DNA of 51,021 nucleotides, the filler included, from Basidioascus undulatus (taxonomy: Eukaryota): the NCBI GenBank assembly GCA_000826855.1. It is 3 parts of 3 records of this genome, joined end to end, with 100 filler letters (N's around TTAATTAATTAA, not from the genome) between each part and the next. Parts side by side here need not be neighbours in the genome. Positions count along the whole stretch, not along the records: positions 1 to 16,960 come from JTLS01000556.1; positions 17,061 to 34,010 come from JTLS01000557.1; 1 more part is not named here. One strand, 5' to 3'. Made by a program: the position numbers and the translations under genes. Positions 10,760 to 22,693 of the stretch are shown here, piece after piece. Within the stretch, counting starts at the first letter, position 1. Every line of letters starts with the position of its first letter. Below the pieces are notes generated by a model, which had not been told where the DNA came from, did no database searches, and worked only from the letters and a program-made list of their open reading frames with translations.

Positions 10760-11340
10760 GGCATCTCTCGTAAGTAGCCGCAGCGTGCAAAGGAGCGCCG
10801 GAGGCCTCGAATCTTGCCGTGACGATGTGGCATTGACCATCGACGGGGCGGTTCCGGTGGCCGGTCAAGCCTGCAACGACCGACTTCAGTACGCTTGGAA
10901 AACAGCTATTGGTATGCATTTATCAAGAAAGGGGAATCCTGTCAATCAGGGAAGCACTGAACAGCTCGCTGAGGCGATCCAAGCGCGAAGAGGAAAAACA
11001 GAAAGGATGACACCCCTCGGCGCTGGGCCACTGTGCACTGCAAACACCGCCGTTAGAGGACCTTTGCTGTCTAACTATTTATACAGTAGTAAAAAGGACC
11101 AATGGTTTGCCGAGGAATGGATTCTGAATTTTCGTCTGCACGCAAAAGCCGTGCTTCATGTAAGAATGGAATGTACACCGACCGAGGGGCTGCTGGCTGT
11201 CTGGACACCCCCTGTATTGTATCCCCACGAACAATGGCAATTTTCACACGAACACGTGACTGTGAAACGATTCTGCCTTGTGGAAGGGCAGTTAGGTTTG
11301 ACAGTAAGCCACATTCGGATAGCTCGGAAGCGGGGCTCGG
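10760..11340 (+). mobile_element. possible decayed Ty1/copia RT-RNase H relic
   Basis: KGNPVNQGS and FSHEHVTVKRFCLVEGQLGL loosely match the copia RNase H motifs G.PV.W.S and H.RTKHI.V.YH...V..G.I.L. Confidence 0.25.
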
Positions 11341-11546
11341 TCAGGCCGACGTCAGCGTCAAGAGTTGGCTGTCGCGTCGCGCCGAAGGTGCGTGTTGTTC
11401 ATGAACAGCGTAGCCTGGCGTAGCGTTGAGGACTTGGATGCTTTGCGTAAATGGAGTCTGAGAAAGAACAGCATATACAAGTCTTTCAAGGCGGCAATCG
11501 TGCCCAGGTTGCTTTTTGTACGGGTGACCTCAGAAAACCTCTAGCC

Positions 11547-12376
11547 ATGCCTACCTTCATCATCCAGATCGTGACTTTGGCATACTCGCTTCCGCCGCGC
11601 CGCCCCAAGCTCCTCACCGCTGCACAGCGGTGCCCTTGCCCTCGGCGGAGCCGCGAAGTCGAGCCCGAAACGTAGTCTTCGCCGCCTCCCGGTCGCACTG
11701 CCGGTCTTCTCATCTGCAAAACACTTCAGCCGATTGTCACAGCCATCCTGTACCGCTGGATTCCCTCCGCCAGCGCAACTGCTTCTTCGATTTCGCTATC
11801 GAAGACGAGGCTGCACGCTGTATTTCGCTCGAGCTCTACGCCCCATTCAGCGGGTCTACTATCCCCCCTGTCCTTCGAGCTTGTCCCACTGTGCGGCACC
11901 TAGAAATCCACCTCCGGTCTGGTTGGAAGTGCATTTTCGATGCGCTCGCAGACCTGCGCCCCACCACAGCCAGGGTAGAGCACAGTCTTGAGATTTATGA
12001 GAGTAATGTCAGGCGTTTTAACCGGGTGCTCAGCGCGTGCACCACATGCGACCGCCTCCGCAAGCTCACCGTGCTGCTCCATATCCTTTACTATGAATTT
12101 GAATTTGTCCCTTCCATCTCTCCCTTTTCGCTCTCGGACCTGAATGTCCCCCACATCCGCCTGGACAATTGTCCAGGACCTGGATGGCATGAGCCCGATA
12201 CTGAGGCCGCTGACATCACTCTCTTCCGGAACCCACACATTCGCATTCTTGAGCTCGCCCGCAGGCCGGACGGGCGGTCGCACTTCGACCCTTCGAACTC
12301 GTACGCGGCTCAGCTGGGAGCGCTAAGGTCTCGCGCTCAGGTAATCGAGGACCCTGTTAATGGATCTACGGTGTAA
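11547..12376 (+). pseudogene. F-box/LRR-like protein, frameshifted
   Basis: MPTFIIQIVTLAY and GLLICKTLQPIVTAILYRWI (F-box-like) lie out of frame with the downstream LRR-like segments ACPTVRHLEIHL, CDRLRKLTV and NPHIRILEL. Confidence 0.5.
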
Positions 12377-13359
12377 TGAGAAGGGTATAATGCTCAAGGC
12401 TTGGGGTCGAACGTTTCAGTGGCGGGGCTGGGAGATGTGCTTGTTTGTTTGTTTGTTTGCAGGCGCAGAGTGAGGGGAGGAAAGTCTTGTGCTTCTTGTC
12501 GTTACTTTTCCTGGATATGTGGGACATACAAGGCGTTCATTGCACATGTGACAAGTTTCGATATACAAGCGCACACGATAGCGGAGAGTGTTCAGGTCAC
12601 CTAAAGCGTCGGCTGCCGCCCACCAGGTGAGAGATCTGGAGAGCAGATGGCCACGCTTACTTGGCATACCTCCAGCTGCGGCGTACTACCCCTCTGCTTG
12701 ACCTAATATATAAGGACGCTTTTTGACATGGTGGATCAGTGGCTCACTGTGAGCGTTTTCAGGCTCCGTTGCGTTGAAGGTTCCGCAAAGCCAACAAAGT
12801 CGGCGACAAACGCTGAAGCGGTCTGCCTTGAGACAGCTACCTGCACGCTTCCGGTTTAGCTAGGCGTATAGCCAGCTCTTAAGGTCCGCTACATGCTGTG
12901 AGGATGCAGTGCTTAACACGCAGGGCGGAAGTAATAATTCGGCCGATATTGCCACAGGCCTGAATGCATGACCTTAAGAGGGAAGCGGCACTGAGAAGCA
13001 GCTGGCCCCCGTTATACACGTACGTCTCTTCCAGTTTATGCTTTTGAAACAGGCCAGTGGGCCAGCGCCGAACTGCGTCTGCATCTGCGTCTTAAGATGG
13101 CCTTCAGCCGACGACCGCCGGTAGCTTGTACCGGTATGCGAAGGCTGCATGAGAAGAGGCAGTATTGGGTTTCTCAAATTTCTTGCCGGCGTAGTACTGG
13201 GAGACACAAGCATGTAACAACTCAAGCGACGTTCGTCCGTAAGATCCATGATTGTGGGGCATAGTCAGTCGCATGGTTCCGCCTCGTTCATTCCCCCGAC
13301 TCTGCTATATGCATTCCATATGTTCTTCTAAGTCCACCAAGCCTCTGCCACTCCCCTCT

Positions 13360-14991
13360 CTAAGGAGTCTGCTGCACGACCTTCCCATCCTTCACGAAGC
13401 TCCACTCCTTGGACCATGCCGGCACCTCCGCGTCCTGCGCCCACTTGGCATGCGGGATCTCGAGCTTCGCCTCCGCCTCGGCCGGCGCGATATAGCCCAC
13501 GGTCGCGTCAGGAGTGCTAGTCTGGTTGACCGAGATCTCGTTGCGATCGACTTCACCGCGGACGAGACCTTGCCAGTAGGCGTACCCGTGGTCAAGGACC
13601 TGCGTGACAACGTTGCCGTCGACCCAGTTGCCATCGAAGCCGAGCGGAATCACACCGTCACCCCGGGGGACTTTGTAGACCTGTATGTGGTACGCTCAGC
13701 TTAGGGTGGCTAGTGGTACGAAAATGTGAAGGTTACGCACAGTCCACCAGTACTTCGCGGCGTCGAGCAAGCCGGGCTTGTACTTCTCCACGTCCTCAAG
13801 CGCTGTGCAGTAAAATACAAATGAGACAGACTCGAATGGAATAGAAGGGGAAAGAAACGTACTGTTAATGGCATCCGCAAGCGGGTCGTTCACGTCGATG
13901 CCGAAAAGCTTCCAGTCGGTCTCATCGCCGTCCAGGACGAGCACCCCACCGAAGAGCTTGACGGTCTTGACCTGGCCCCTGAAGCCCGGATCCTGGCCGA
14001 TGCTGTAATGGTGCAAAAAATATTAGAGGTCAAGGGCACGGAAAGCAGAAGAACAACGGACTCGATGATGCTGTGGGTGGGTTCAACTTGTCAGCAGTCT
14101 GTGGGAGCCAACAGAGCAAAGGACATCTGACACGCACTCAATAGGGTCGTTATCGCCAGGGAACCCAGTGAGTTGGTGAGGCTCATTGGGGCTCTCCCAG
14201 GTCTGGGGGATGGAGCCGTCTAACGAAGGCAGCGAATGCGAAGTCAGGCTTAACGGCCAGTTGGAGAAAGGGCTCTGCCACTCACACAGCCACTGGTACG
14301 ACTTGAAGGGGAAAACGTTCTGGACGAAGCGAGGCTGGTCGTCCCTGATTTTGAATCTGTAAGTTCCGTTGCTCAAATCCGAGGTGGTAAAGTTGAAAAC
14401 TCACTTGAGGTCATGCCAGATAGGGTCTGGAAGATGTTCTGCATCAGCATCATGGAGTTCTGGATGCACAATTTCAATGCAAGGCTCACTGAGCGCCTCA
14501 GGACGGTTGGTCTGCAGCAAATAAGCTGTGTTGAGCGCAAACTGCAGAATGGACAACGAAGACTGTCCACTTACCTCAATCTTGCTGTTGGTCCAGCGGG
14601 GAATCTCGACAACCATGTTAACGACGTTCTGTTGGATTTGATAATTTGTGAGCCACGAACAGTGTGCACCATGTGAAAGGATTTCATGAAACGTACGGCA
14701 GGGGCGCCCTCGGGGCGCAAAGGAACATCGTGCCAGAAGCTGATCGGCTGGCCGTCCTTCTCGAGGTAGACACGAAGCTCCTGCAGTCCGCGTTCCTCAG
14801 GTTCACGCAAATCTCCCACGTAGCATTTCGTAAAAGCATTGTAGACGCACCTTGGTGTTGGCACCACCGACCTGGCGAAGGGTGTACGGCCCGTTCTGCC
14901 TGCTCTCGATGGCGTTCTTCTGCAGCGGCCGTCCCGAGACGGAGGACAACGCAGCCAAGGCGGACAGGAGCAACGAGAACGGTGTGATCAT
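13360..14991 (-). CDS. family I inorganic pyrophosphatase with N-terminal signal peptide; 11 exons: 14991-14851, 14780-14697, 14628-14575, 14511-14490, 14426-14405, 14344-14286, 14219-14138, 14070-14062, 14002-13863, 13802-13741, 13680-13360
   Basis: The spliced frame is continuous: ISFWHDVPL, NMVVEIPRWTNSKIE, PRFVQNVFP, YGSIPQTWE, GDNDPIDIIDIG, LDGDETDWK, VYKVP. All introns are GT-AG. The N-terminus is MITPFSLLLSALAALSSVSG-RP. Confidence 0.93.
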
Positions 14992-16960
14992 GATGTTGAG
15001 AGAGATGAATGCGTTGAACCTGGTGAACAGAGATGTTGCGAAAGCCCGTTCTTCTTAAAAGGCTCGCATCGTAGGCAGTTGGTCAGGGCAGCTAGATTAG
15101 ACCAGGACTCGGGCTGCCGGTGGAGCAAGCACGTTCGTTCGCGTCGTCCTTTGTGAGGGCGACGGCGCCGGCAAGCAGGCAATTTCATGATGAGGAGCAT
15201 TGGCACGCCAAGAAAGCGAAAAGCTAAAGCGCGACGCGACGATCTTATTGCAGCGCACGGCCGCCCTGGCGCCCTTGCACGTGTGGGTTGTCCTACCGGC
15301 CTCGAAAGGTGGTCGTACGACCAGTTGGACTTGTAGCTTGACGAAAGTCAGCGGTGTGACATGGCACTTTTAACCGGAAGAATTCGAGGAAGTCGGGACT
15401 TAGCGCTGAGCTGTGCGGCCTGAAGTGCGTGCGATCGCGCGGCGGTTCTCACGAAAATTTGTGTGCCGAGGCGCGAGACCCGACGAAACGTCCATCTCAA
15501 TTTCAGGGGTGCACCTGATTTCAAGGCCTCATATCCATCCACGCATGTGAAAGCAGTTGAGTGGTAGACGGCCAAAGCGCGATGCATTTCTCATCCACCC
15601 AGCTGGCCAGACTTGGCAACTTGAACTATCCGCCTGCTCTGTCGCCCGCCGAACAGTGTGGATCCTTCCGACCCACCTCTGAGAAAGGCCGCTCTGTGCC
15701 GATACCTAATAGCGAGCTGATATTTTTCGGTCTTTATCACCGAACCTTTTGGCAAGGACCGCTGGGGTGGAGACTGAAGAACGGCAGCTGTTGAGTAGGT
15801 CGAGTTGTGAGGTCTTGCAACGATGCAAGAGACTGCGAGATTGGACGAGCATACCACCCCATATCCAAGCAGACCGGCGATTAATTCATTCCGTAAGTCT
15901 TGAGATGGTTTCAAACGACAAGAACCGAGAAGGCACATCCAGCTGGGCAATGTGTTCTGCTGATGCGAATCCTGTGGGCCCAAGCAATCACGCTTCGCAA
16001 GAGCTTCTTTTGCAGGCAAAGAGACGATTATGGACAAAAAGAGAAAGCGGTTTATTTCAGCCACAGTATTGACGCCGTTAGGTGGCAGCGCCAGAAACTC
16101 ATGGGATTGCGAGTTGGTGTTGTGCGGTGCCTTTCTTACAGTAAAGACGCATGAAAATTGAAAGAGGTACATCATAATGTACTGCTCGATACTATTGGCC
16201 ATGTGCTCTATCTTCAACCTCACCGAGTGTGCGTTGCCTGCAGAGTGGGCAACCACTTGCGCATTCGTGAGGGTGCATGGATCATCAAAGTCTCGCTACG
16301 GATCAAGGGGCTGTAGTTCCGTCATACATATTGCGCTGGGATTACAGTGCCACCGTAGGAGAGGAGGGAGCGGCGTTTGCGGCGTGCAGGGGCCTAATCC
16401 CGAGGGCTGGACTTCGACCCGCGCCTGCTACTGACGAGAAACTGCGCTCGAGCTGTACACTAACAAAGGTGTTGCAAAGGGCAAAGAGAATAGACAGAGA
16501 CCATACTGCGTTTCTGTGGCCTGGGTGACCTCCGGCCAGCTTCTCCCCCTACCCGGCATCTCCTCTCGCCTCCGTCATCCTCTCCCTCCGCCCTTCCTTG
16601 AATGCATTGCAGAACCGGAATAGCTGCAATACATGTATAGTAGCCCAATCCAGTTCCCCAACAAGCGGATACGGGGGATGTTAGGACAAACGAAAATCAA
16701 GCGACGCAGGCATCAGAGCGTCAATCAGCGCCCGCGTTCTTCCCCCCTATCGCAGCCCAGCCCAGCCCAGCCAAGCGCACGCTTCCCGAAAGAAAAGGAA
16801 GTTCAACAAACAACAACACTGATACAACAAGGCCCCTTCCCCTCCCTCTCCCCTTTCCCCACTCAGCCCCAATCGTCCCTCTCTCTCCTCCTCCACCGTT
16901 CCGTCCAAGCATACCAGCTCCAACCCGCCTCCCTCGCGCGTCCTGTCCCCACGCTCCCCC

Positions 16961-17060
16961 NNNNNNNNNNNNNNNNNNNNNNNNNNNNNNNNNNNNNNNN
17001 NNNNTTAATTAATTAANNNNNNNNNNNNNNNNNNNNNNNNNNNNNNNNNNNNNNNNNNNN
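16961..17060. other. assembly gap spacer N44-TTAATTAATTAA-N44 (artificial six-frame stop linker)
   Basis: The identical 100-nt structure recurs at 34011-34110. Confidence 0.97.
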
Positions 17061-17083
17061 GGGGGAGGGGGAGGGACACGCAC

Positions 17084-18747
17084 TCGAAGTATACGCCTGC
17101 GAGGCCGGAGGTGAAGCACGCCGCGGCGACGGCTGCGAAGCCGCGCAAGGGGTGCATGACGTGGTCGGAGGCGGAGGAGGAGCCGCCGCCGCCACCGGAG
17201 GACGTGGACGACTGGATCTGGACGATGCCGACGCCCATAGCGAGGCCGAGGAGGGCGAGCCACTTGTCGAGGCCGAGCTTCTTGCGCAGCATGAGCACTG
17301 AGAAGAGAGCGGTCGTGAGGATTTTCATTTGGTAGGTGACCTGTTCGCCCAAGGGGACCGGGTTCAGCGTTGCCGGAGGGGGGGAGATGGATGGGAAGGG
17401 GACGACGCACCTGGAACGTCGCGACGTCGAGGTTGGACGCGGCGACGAACTGGAGGTTGTTCTGGATGACGTAGAGGATAGCGGGGATGGAGAGCTTCCA
17501 GCTGTCGGGGCTGAGGACCTCCCTCCTAAGCGTGTTGAGCCTGTGCGCCCAATCGCGTCCCAGCAGCTGCCTCCCCGCGCTAACCGCCGCGCCGGGGTGC
17601 AAGGCCCCATTGGCACCGAGGTCACCGGCGCCCCCACCCCCGCCTCCCCCGCCGTTCTTTCCCCCAATCCCGAGCGAGTGAAAGATCGAGTTGCGCTTCT
17701 TGTAGTTGTAGCTGCTGGGAAACAGCGGGGAGAGGTGGCCCTCGCGCATGCTGGCCTCGCGGTCGATGCGGTGCAGGGCGATCCCCGCGGAGATGGAGCC
17801 CTTAAGGAGCTCGTTGAGGAGGACGGCGGACGCGGCCGAGTACCCCTCGCCCGGCTTGGTCGCGACGCGCGAGTAGTGCATCATGATCGTCAGGGTCGCG
17901 TTCTGGAGCGCGAGGGTCAGGAGGGAGACGTATTTGAGAGGCAGGCCGAGGAGCGTCGCTTGGGAGGGGTCGGGCGTGGGGGACGCGGAGGAGGAGGCGG
18001 GTGCGGTGTGGAGGGAGAGCGGAGGGGGGGCGGGCGAGGAGGGGTGCGAATGCGCGTACGACGACGGCGAGGAGGACCGTGAGGACATGTTCGACACTGG
18101 GAATGCGTACGCGGAGGGGTACGGCCGGTGGTGCAGCGTGGGGGAGGAAGATGGGTAGGGCGTGTGCGTTGAGGCTGCTGCTGGGAGGAAGACAGGGGGA
18201 TGAATGGTCAGGTTGCGGGTAAGGATGACGAGCACGGCGTGTGCGGCGACGAGGAGGGGGTTTGGGGGCAGGAAAGCAAGAGAGAAATGGTGATGTGAGA
18301 GTGAACAGCCACGCTGCTGCTGGAAATAGGTGCGTGCAGGGGCAGGGTAGGGCCAGGCAGGGGGTTATGCGACTTCTCGTTTCCCTTGCAATGCGCGATG
18401 CTCCCGGGAGGCGGCGCACGAGCCTCCCCATTCCATTCCTTCTTTGAGCAGGGGCAGCAGCGCGCCCACAACAAAAAAAAACCGTCTCTGTCACGAACTG
18501 AATGGAGGGAGGGTATGCTCTGCTCACCGGAGGACGCGTGGTAGACGCTCACGCCTGCGGGCTGGGGGGGCGCGGCGGCGGGCGGGTACTCGTCCTGGGG
18601 CGGCGGGGGTGGGGCGGAGGAAAGCCTGCGAAGGCGTGGCTTGTGCGCGTGAGCTCCAACTCCTGAGGGCGCGTACGGCGGCTTGGGGCTCGGGCCGCTG
18701 CTGCTCGGCGGCGTCGAAGAGGAGGGCGCGTGGTGCGCGTGGGCCAT
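17084..18747 (-). CDS. UDP-galactose / nucleotide-sugar transporter (SLC35A, Gms1-like), 3' end lost in the gap; exons 18747-18528, 18180-17411, 17340-17084
   Basis: [90 protein letters not shown]. An upstream in-frame ATG exists at 18843. Confidence 0.93.
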
Positions 18748-19522
18748 GGCGAGGATAGGGCAAGGAACGACGAGGGCAGAGGGAAAGGAAGACGGTTGGG
18801 ATGGGATCGAGCTCGAGGCTGCTGCCGCGCGCCTGGGCATCATCGACTGCCTGCCCGCTGCTGGCTGCGCAGTTTGGCAGGGCACAGGCTAACACGCGCC
18901 TACCGCCCCGTTGTCCTGGGCTAATAAACCGCATACACACATCCCCGCCCAACCAGCATCGACTACCGCGCTGCGGACCGTGCTACCCACCCTTTCGAAA
19001 CACCAACCACGTTCCTTCCCGACGCGCTGATCGCTGCTTGCCCATTCCTTTCCCATTCCTTTCCCCTCCAAAATTCTGAACACCAATCCACGGAGTACTC
19101 ACAGCGCCCTCGAAGCCCGTCGCGTCAGCGTCCGGCTCACAGCCGGTGTCGCGCTCGCCTCGATCGGCGTCGTCGGGCTCGGCGGCGTGTTGACGTTGAG
19201 GCTCGCCAGATTGGGCAGCAGTTCGAGAACAGCTCAGCGGAGGTGGGAGGAGGTGGTGGTGGTGATGGCGTTGGGAGGATGAACTGAGTGATGATCGACT
19301 TTGCGTGAGCGACGGTTGGAAATCCGGCTCCGGGCTGATGCACGATGACAGGAGGACGGGATGGGGCACCGCTGGCGTCGAAGTTGAGGTGGGGGCCACG
19401 CAGCAGCGCGAACTGCCTTCCCTCCTTGTCCCTCCCTCCTCCTGTTATTTCGATGGGGTTTCCTGCTTCCAATTTTCCTCATCCTCGCCGAAGACTGGAT
19501 TATGGACCTCGTTAGGTTTTGC

Positions 19523-19598
19523 ACTCACCAATCGTCGCCCAGGCGGACCTTGATCGTTCAACTCACCAATCTTTGCCCAGGCGGACCTTGACTGTTCA
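19523..19598. repeat. 38-bp imperfect tandem duplication (34/38 identical)
   Basis: actcaccaatcgtcgcccaggcggaccttgatcgttca followed by actcaccaatctttgcccaggcggaccttgactgttca. Confidence 0.9.
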
Positions 19599-20697
19599 GG
19601 CGAGTGATCAAGGTCTGGTGAGCGCCTTACTCATACAGGTCCAGAATGTCAGGCTCGCGCTGCAGCACCTGATGAGTTCAATAGAAGAGCCTTGGACCCT
19701 TGTATGAGAACTATTTACGATGTGAACTACTTGTTCGTGGGGTGAAAGTGCGGAGGGCGACAGTACATACAGGGTTTGCTTGCCTTCCCGTCGCAGCCCT
19801 CCCGCATCTGCAGGTGTCCCAGGTGTCCGCGTCTGATCCTTGACTCCCGACTCTCTCGGAGTTCAAATCCAAAAAATCATTATGATAGCTACCAGGCGAA
19901 TAAATGGCGGCGTTGTCGCAGTCATGCCAGTCGAAAGTCGATCATCGCGGGCGATTGAAATGTTGGCGTGAAACGCGTGTGCTGACGGGACCAGCTCGTT
20001 CTTCCCCCAAGAGAAACGATCCAGTGGTATGCCTGACGGGGCGGTGCTGTATACCTGACCCGGTGCTTCGAGGAAGCTCGCCTATGGGCCCGATGGGGTC
20101 GATGCCATGATTGCGACACGCTCATTGGGTGTGTGGCCTGATGAGGAGCCTACAATCCACATCCGACCTTCAAGACAGATAACTCTTAGTTTGTGCCATG
20201 CAACTGCTGCTCGTAGCGCATAATGGTCAGATTCAAACATGTGAGGACTGAAGGTCACGAAAGAGTGAGGGCTCGCAGACTGCAGACTGAAAGCGGCTCA
20301 TGAAAGGTTACGCCGGTCATATCCGGGCAACGCCATCAACCTCCAAAAATTTGTAAGCGAGATTAACGAGGGCCTACCGGAGAGGAAGGCTCGTGGCTCT
20401 ATCCCTCTCCATCGGCGCATCAAGTCCTGTACTTTACCAGTCCGAGCAGGCGATCAACGGTCCTTGCGTTCTGCACATTAAGAGCAGCCTAGGAACAGAA
20501 GGACACATCGGGAAGCTAAGGATTTTATCCAAGAAGGTGCATTCTTTGTTTCTGTGCGCGAAAAGTCTACCATCGGGGAGCTGGTCATTCTAGTCCGCTC
20601 AAGCATCGAGAGGACTCAGTATCGCTGGGTAACGAAGGCTCAGGACAGCGCTCAGCTGCGTAGAAAGCTTATAGGATTGTTCCGACTTCTTCCAGTC

Positions 20698-21210
20698 TCA
20701 ATAGCGACATGCTGAGGAAGAGGTGGTCCGCCGCCTCTGCCTCTCGAGGGCTGTCTGAGCAGCCTGATGATCGATGTATCCATATGGATATGAGACGGCG
20801 CAGCGTCGGCTGTTCAGCTCCACGCATCCACCCATAGCCGCCAAGAGCGCGACGTTGACAGAAATGCGTCGATCATGTTTGCGCTGAGGAGCGCCATGGT
20901 CGTCGCGTAGCGTGCCAGAGAACTGCAGGTGAGAGCGATGGCCGCCGTACGCGATTCGATGTCCCCGATAACGAGCGTACGGCAAATGTGAGGGAGCGTG
21001 AGCTCTCGGACAGCGCGATACGAGAGTGAGAGCGATGAGAGATCCAAGTACGTCGCGATCGTGTCTGACAGCCAAGGGGTGCGGCGGCTCAGCAAGGCAC
21101 AGCACGACATGGGCGACAACATCAAAGGTACCGCTAGAGGCATGGTGCGGATTGATGAGCTTCGATATGGCGAATATTTGCGGGCGGCGATGAGGGTCGT
21201 GGCGATGGTG
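20698..21210 (-). pseudogene. F-box-like protein pseudogene
   Basis: TYLDLSSLSLSYRAVRELTLPHICRTLVI is F-box-like. Flanking segments are in other frames with stops, and the start context reads ccaccATCgcc (no ATG). Boundaries approximate. Confidence 0.45.
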
Positions 21211-21779
21211 GCGCGGGGATGGCAGTCAGCAGCATAGGGGACACCGCGGATCGCGAGCTTGTGGTAGCGCCGCCGTCACAAAAGTTTGCGAAGTTCGCAT
21301 CTAATGAGTGCTGGCCACTGTTGCTGAATGCTGCTCCGCAGAAAGATACTGACGGGGCCTGGGCAGCAACCTCAAACCCTCGGAGACAACGCCCCACGAA
21401 CTCTTGTTGTACAGCCCTTCTCACAAAAGAGGATTTTCGTTGTCATTCTCTTTCGTTTCATACTACCTTGGCACGCGAAAGATTGAGAAAGAAGAGAGAT
21501 GAAACTGCCAAGATTGGAAGAACACGGAAACTCCGCGCCAACAGCCCGCGGCCGGGGAATACAAAGCTGGAGACGCGGCTTCCGCCTGAGATCGACCTTG
21601 GGGCGGTAGAAACCAGCTACGACTATGAAGCCTGCGGTGCAGGTTCTCTGTGCGGGCAGACAAGTCATGGCGCCATTGGCCATGCGCTTTGACATGGAAG
21701 CGGTACAATGAGTGGCTGTCACGTATCGCGGTGCGCGGGCAAGGCAAGTGAGAGAGGAGCGCCCCGCGCAACCCCTCCT

Positions 21780-22500
21780 CAACGTGAAACCGGCCAAAAG
21801 CCCACCGCCACAGGAAGCAGAAGCCGCTCGATGAAAGGCTCCAAAGAGAACAAGCCAAATTCTTGGGGACTTCCAGACAATTCCGGCCGTGTGTGTATGT
21901 GTGCCTGTGATTACGAGCAAGTTGAACCCACAGAAGACGCCTCTCCGCAATCCTACAGATTCCGGCCGCTCATCACGTCCGGCTGTGCACTAAATAATAA
22001 AGTAATGGACACTACAAAAATAATAGATAAGAAGAAAAGCCATAGAAAATGCGTCAATCGAATAGAATCCCTTTTCGGAGCGGAAGGTGTGGTTGTCGGC
22101 GATCACGGCTCGACTTGACGATCTTGGCCTCTGTCCCATCTGAATGCCAGACTCGAGCGAGCCAGAATTTTCGCAGATGCAACATTCCAGAAAATATTTG
22201 AAGTTGTTCGCTATATGGGCAACATGGGAAAAGCAGTCAACATGGTATTGCAGAGCACCAGCGGTGAAAGTGACCAAAGCCTACTTTGCTCAGCGTTTCA
22301 AGCCAGGTTTGATGGGGACCGCCGCAGCTCAACTAATCTCTGAGTATTTTTTCCGGTTGAGGAATACAGGCTGGTATATTAGGCAGCGAACGCAGGCCAG
22401 CAATCCCTGGCTTGGTCTTCTGAATGCCAATTGCAGCAGACTCGCGTCGCGATAAGTCATCAGTGCGAAGATCAACATAATGCGTTATTGTTTCCCTAAA
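21780..22500 (+). mobile_element. decayed non-LTR (LINE) reverse transcriptase relic
   Basis: Fragments in the expected order: KPNSWGLP, SPQSYR(F)RPLI, NKVMDTTKIIDK, VKV...FAQRFKPGLMGTAAAQLI. These resemble K.PG.DG, YRPI.L, K..KII and F....G..QG..SP.LF. Stops and frameshifts present. Confidence 0.4.
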
Positions 22501-22693
22501 GAGCAGAAATGCCAGTGGCACTGGTCTTGTTTTGCTTTGCTCACCGGAATTCGGAAGGGGCATTCCTCGGGTCCACAATCCATTGAACGGCGTGCCGCCC
22601 ATCTTACCTCCGCATCTACCACACTGCTCTTTGATTATTACTTGTTCCTCTTACAACCAAAATCCTCACGCTCTTCCACACCCGTATCTCGAC

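Noticed and set aside
15750..16500. Possible retrotransposon gag relic (TLRKSFF...VYFSHSID...QKLMGL)
   Set aside because: The resemblance is too weak to call without a profile search.
16720..16960. Possible last exon of the UDP-galactose transporter beyond the gap
   Set aside because: No transporter motif is present and the frame cannot be fixed across the gap.
17005..17016. Palindromic TTAATTAATTAA, repeated at 34055-34066
   Set aside because: It is flanked symmetrically by 44 Ns both times, so it is an artificial scaffolding linker. Gene adjacency across these gaps is not reliable.
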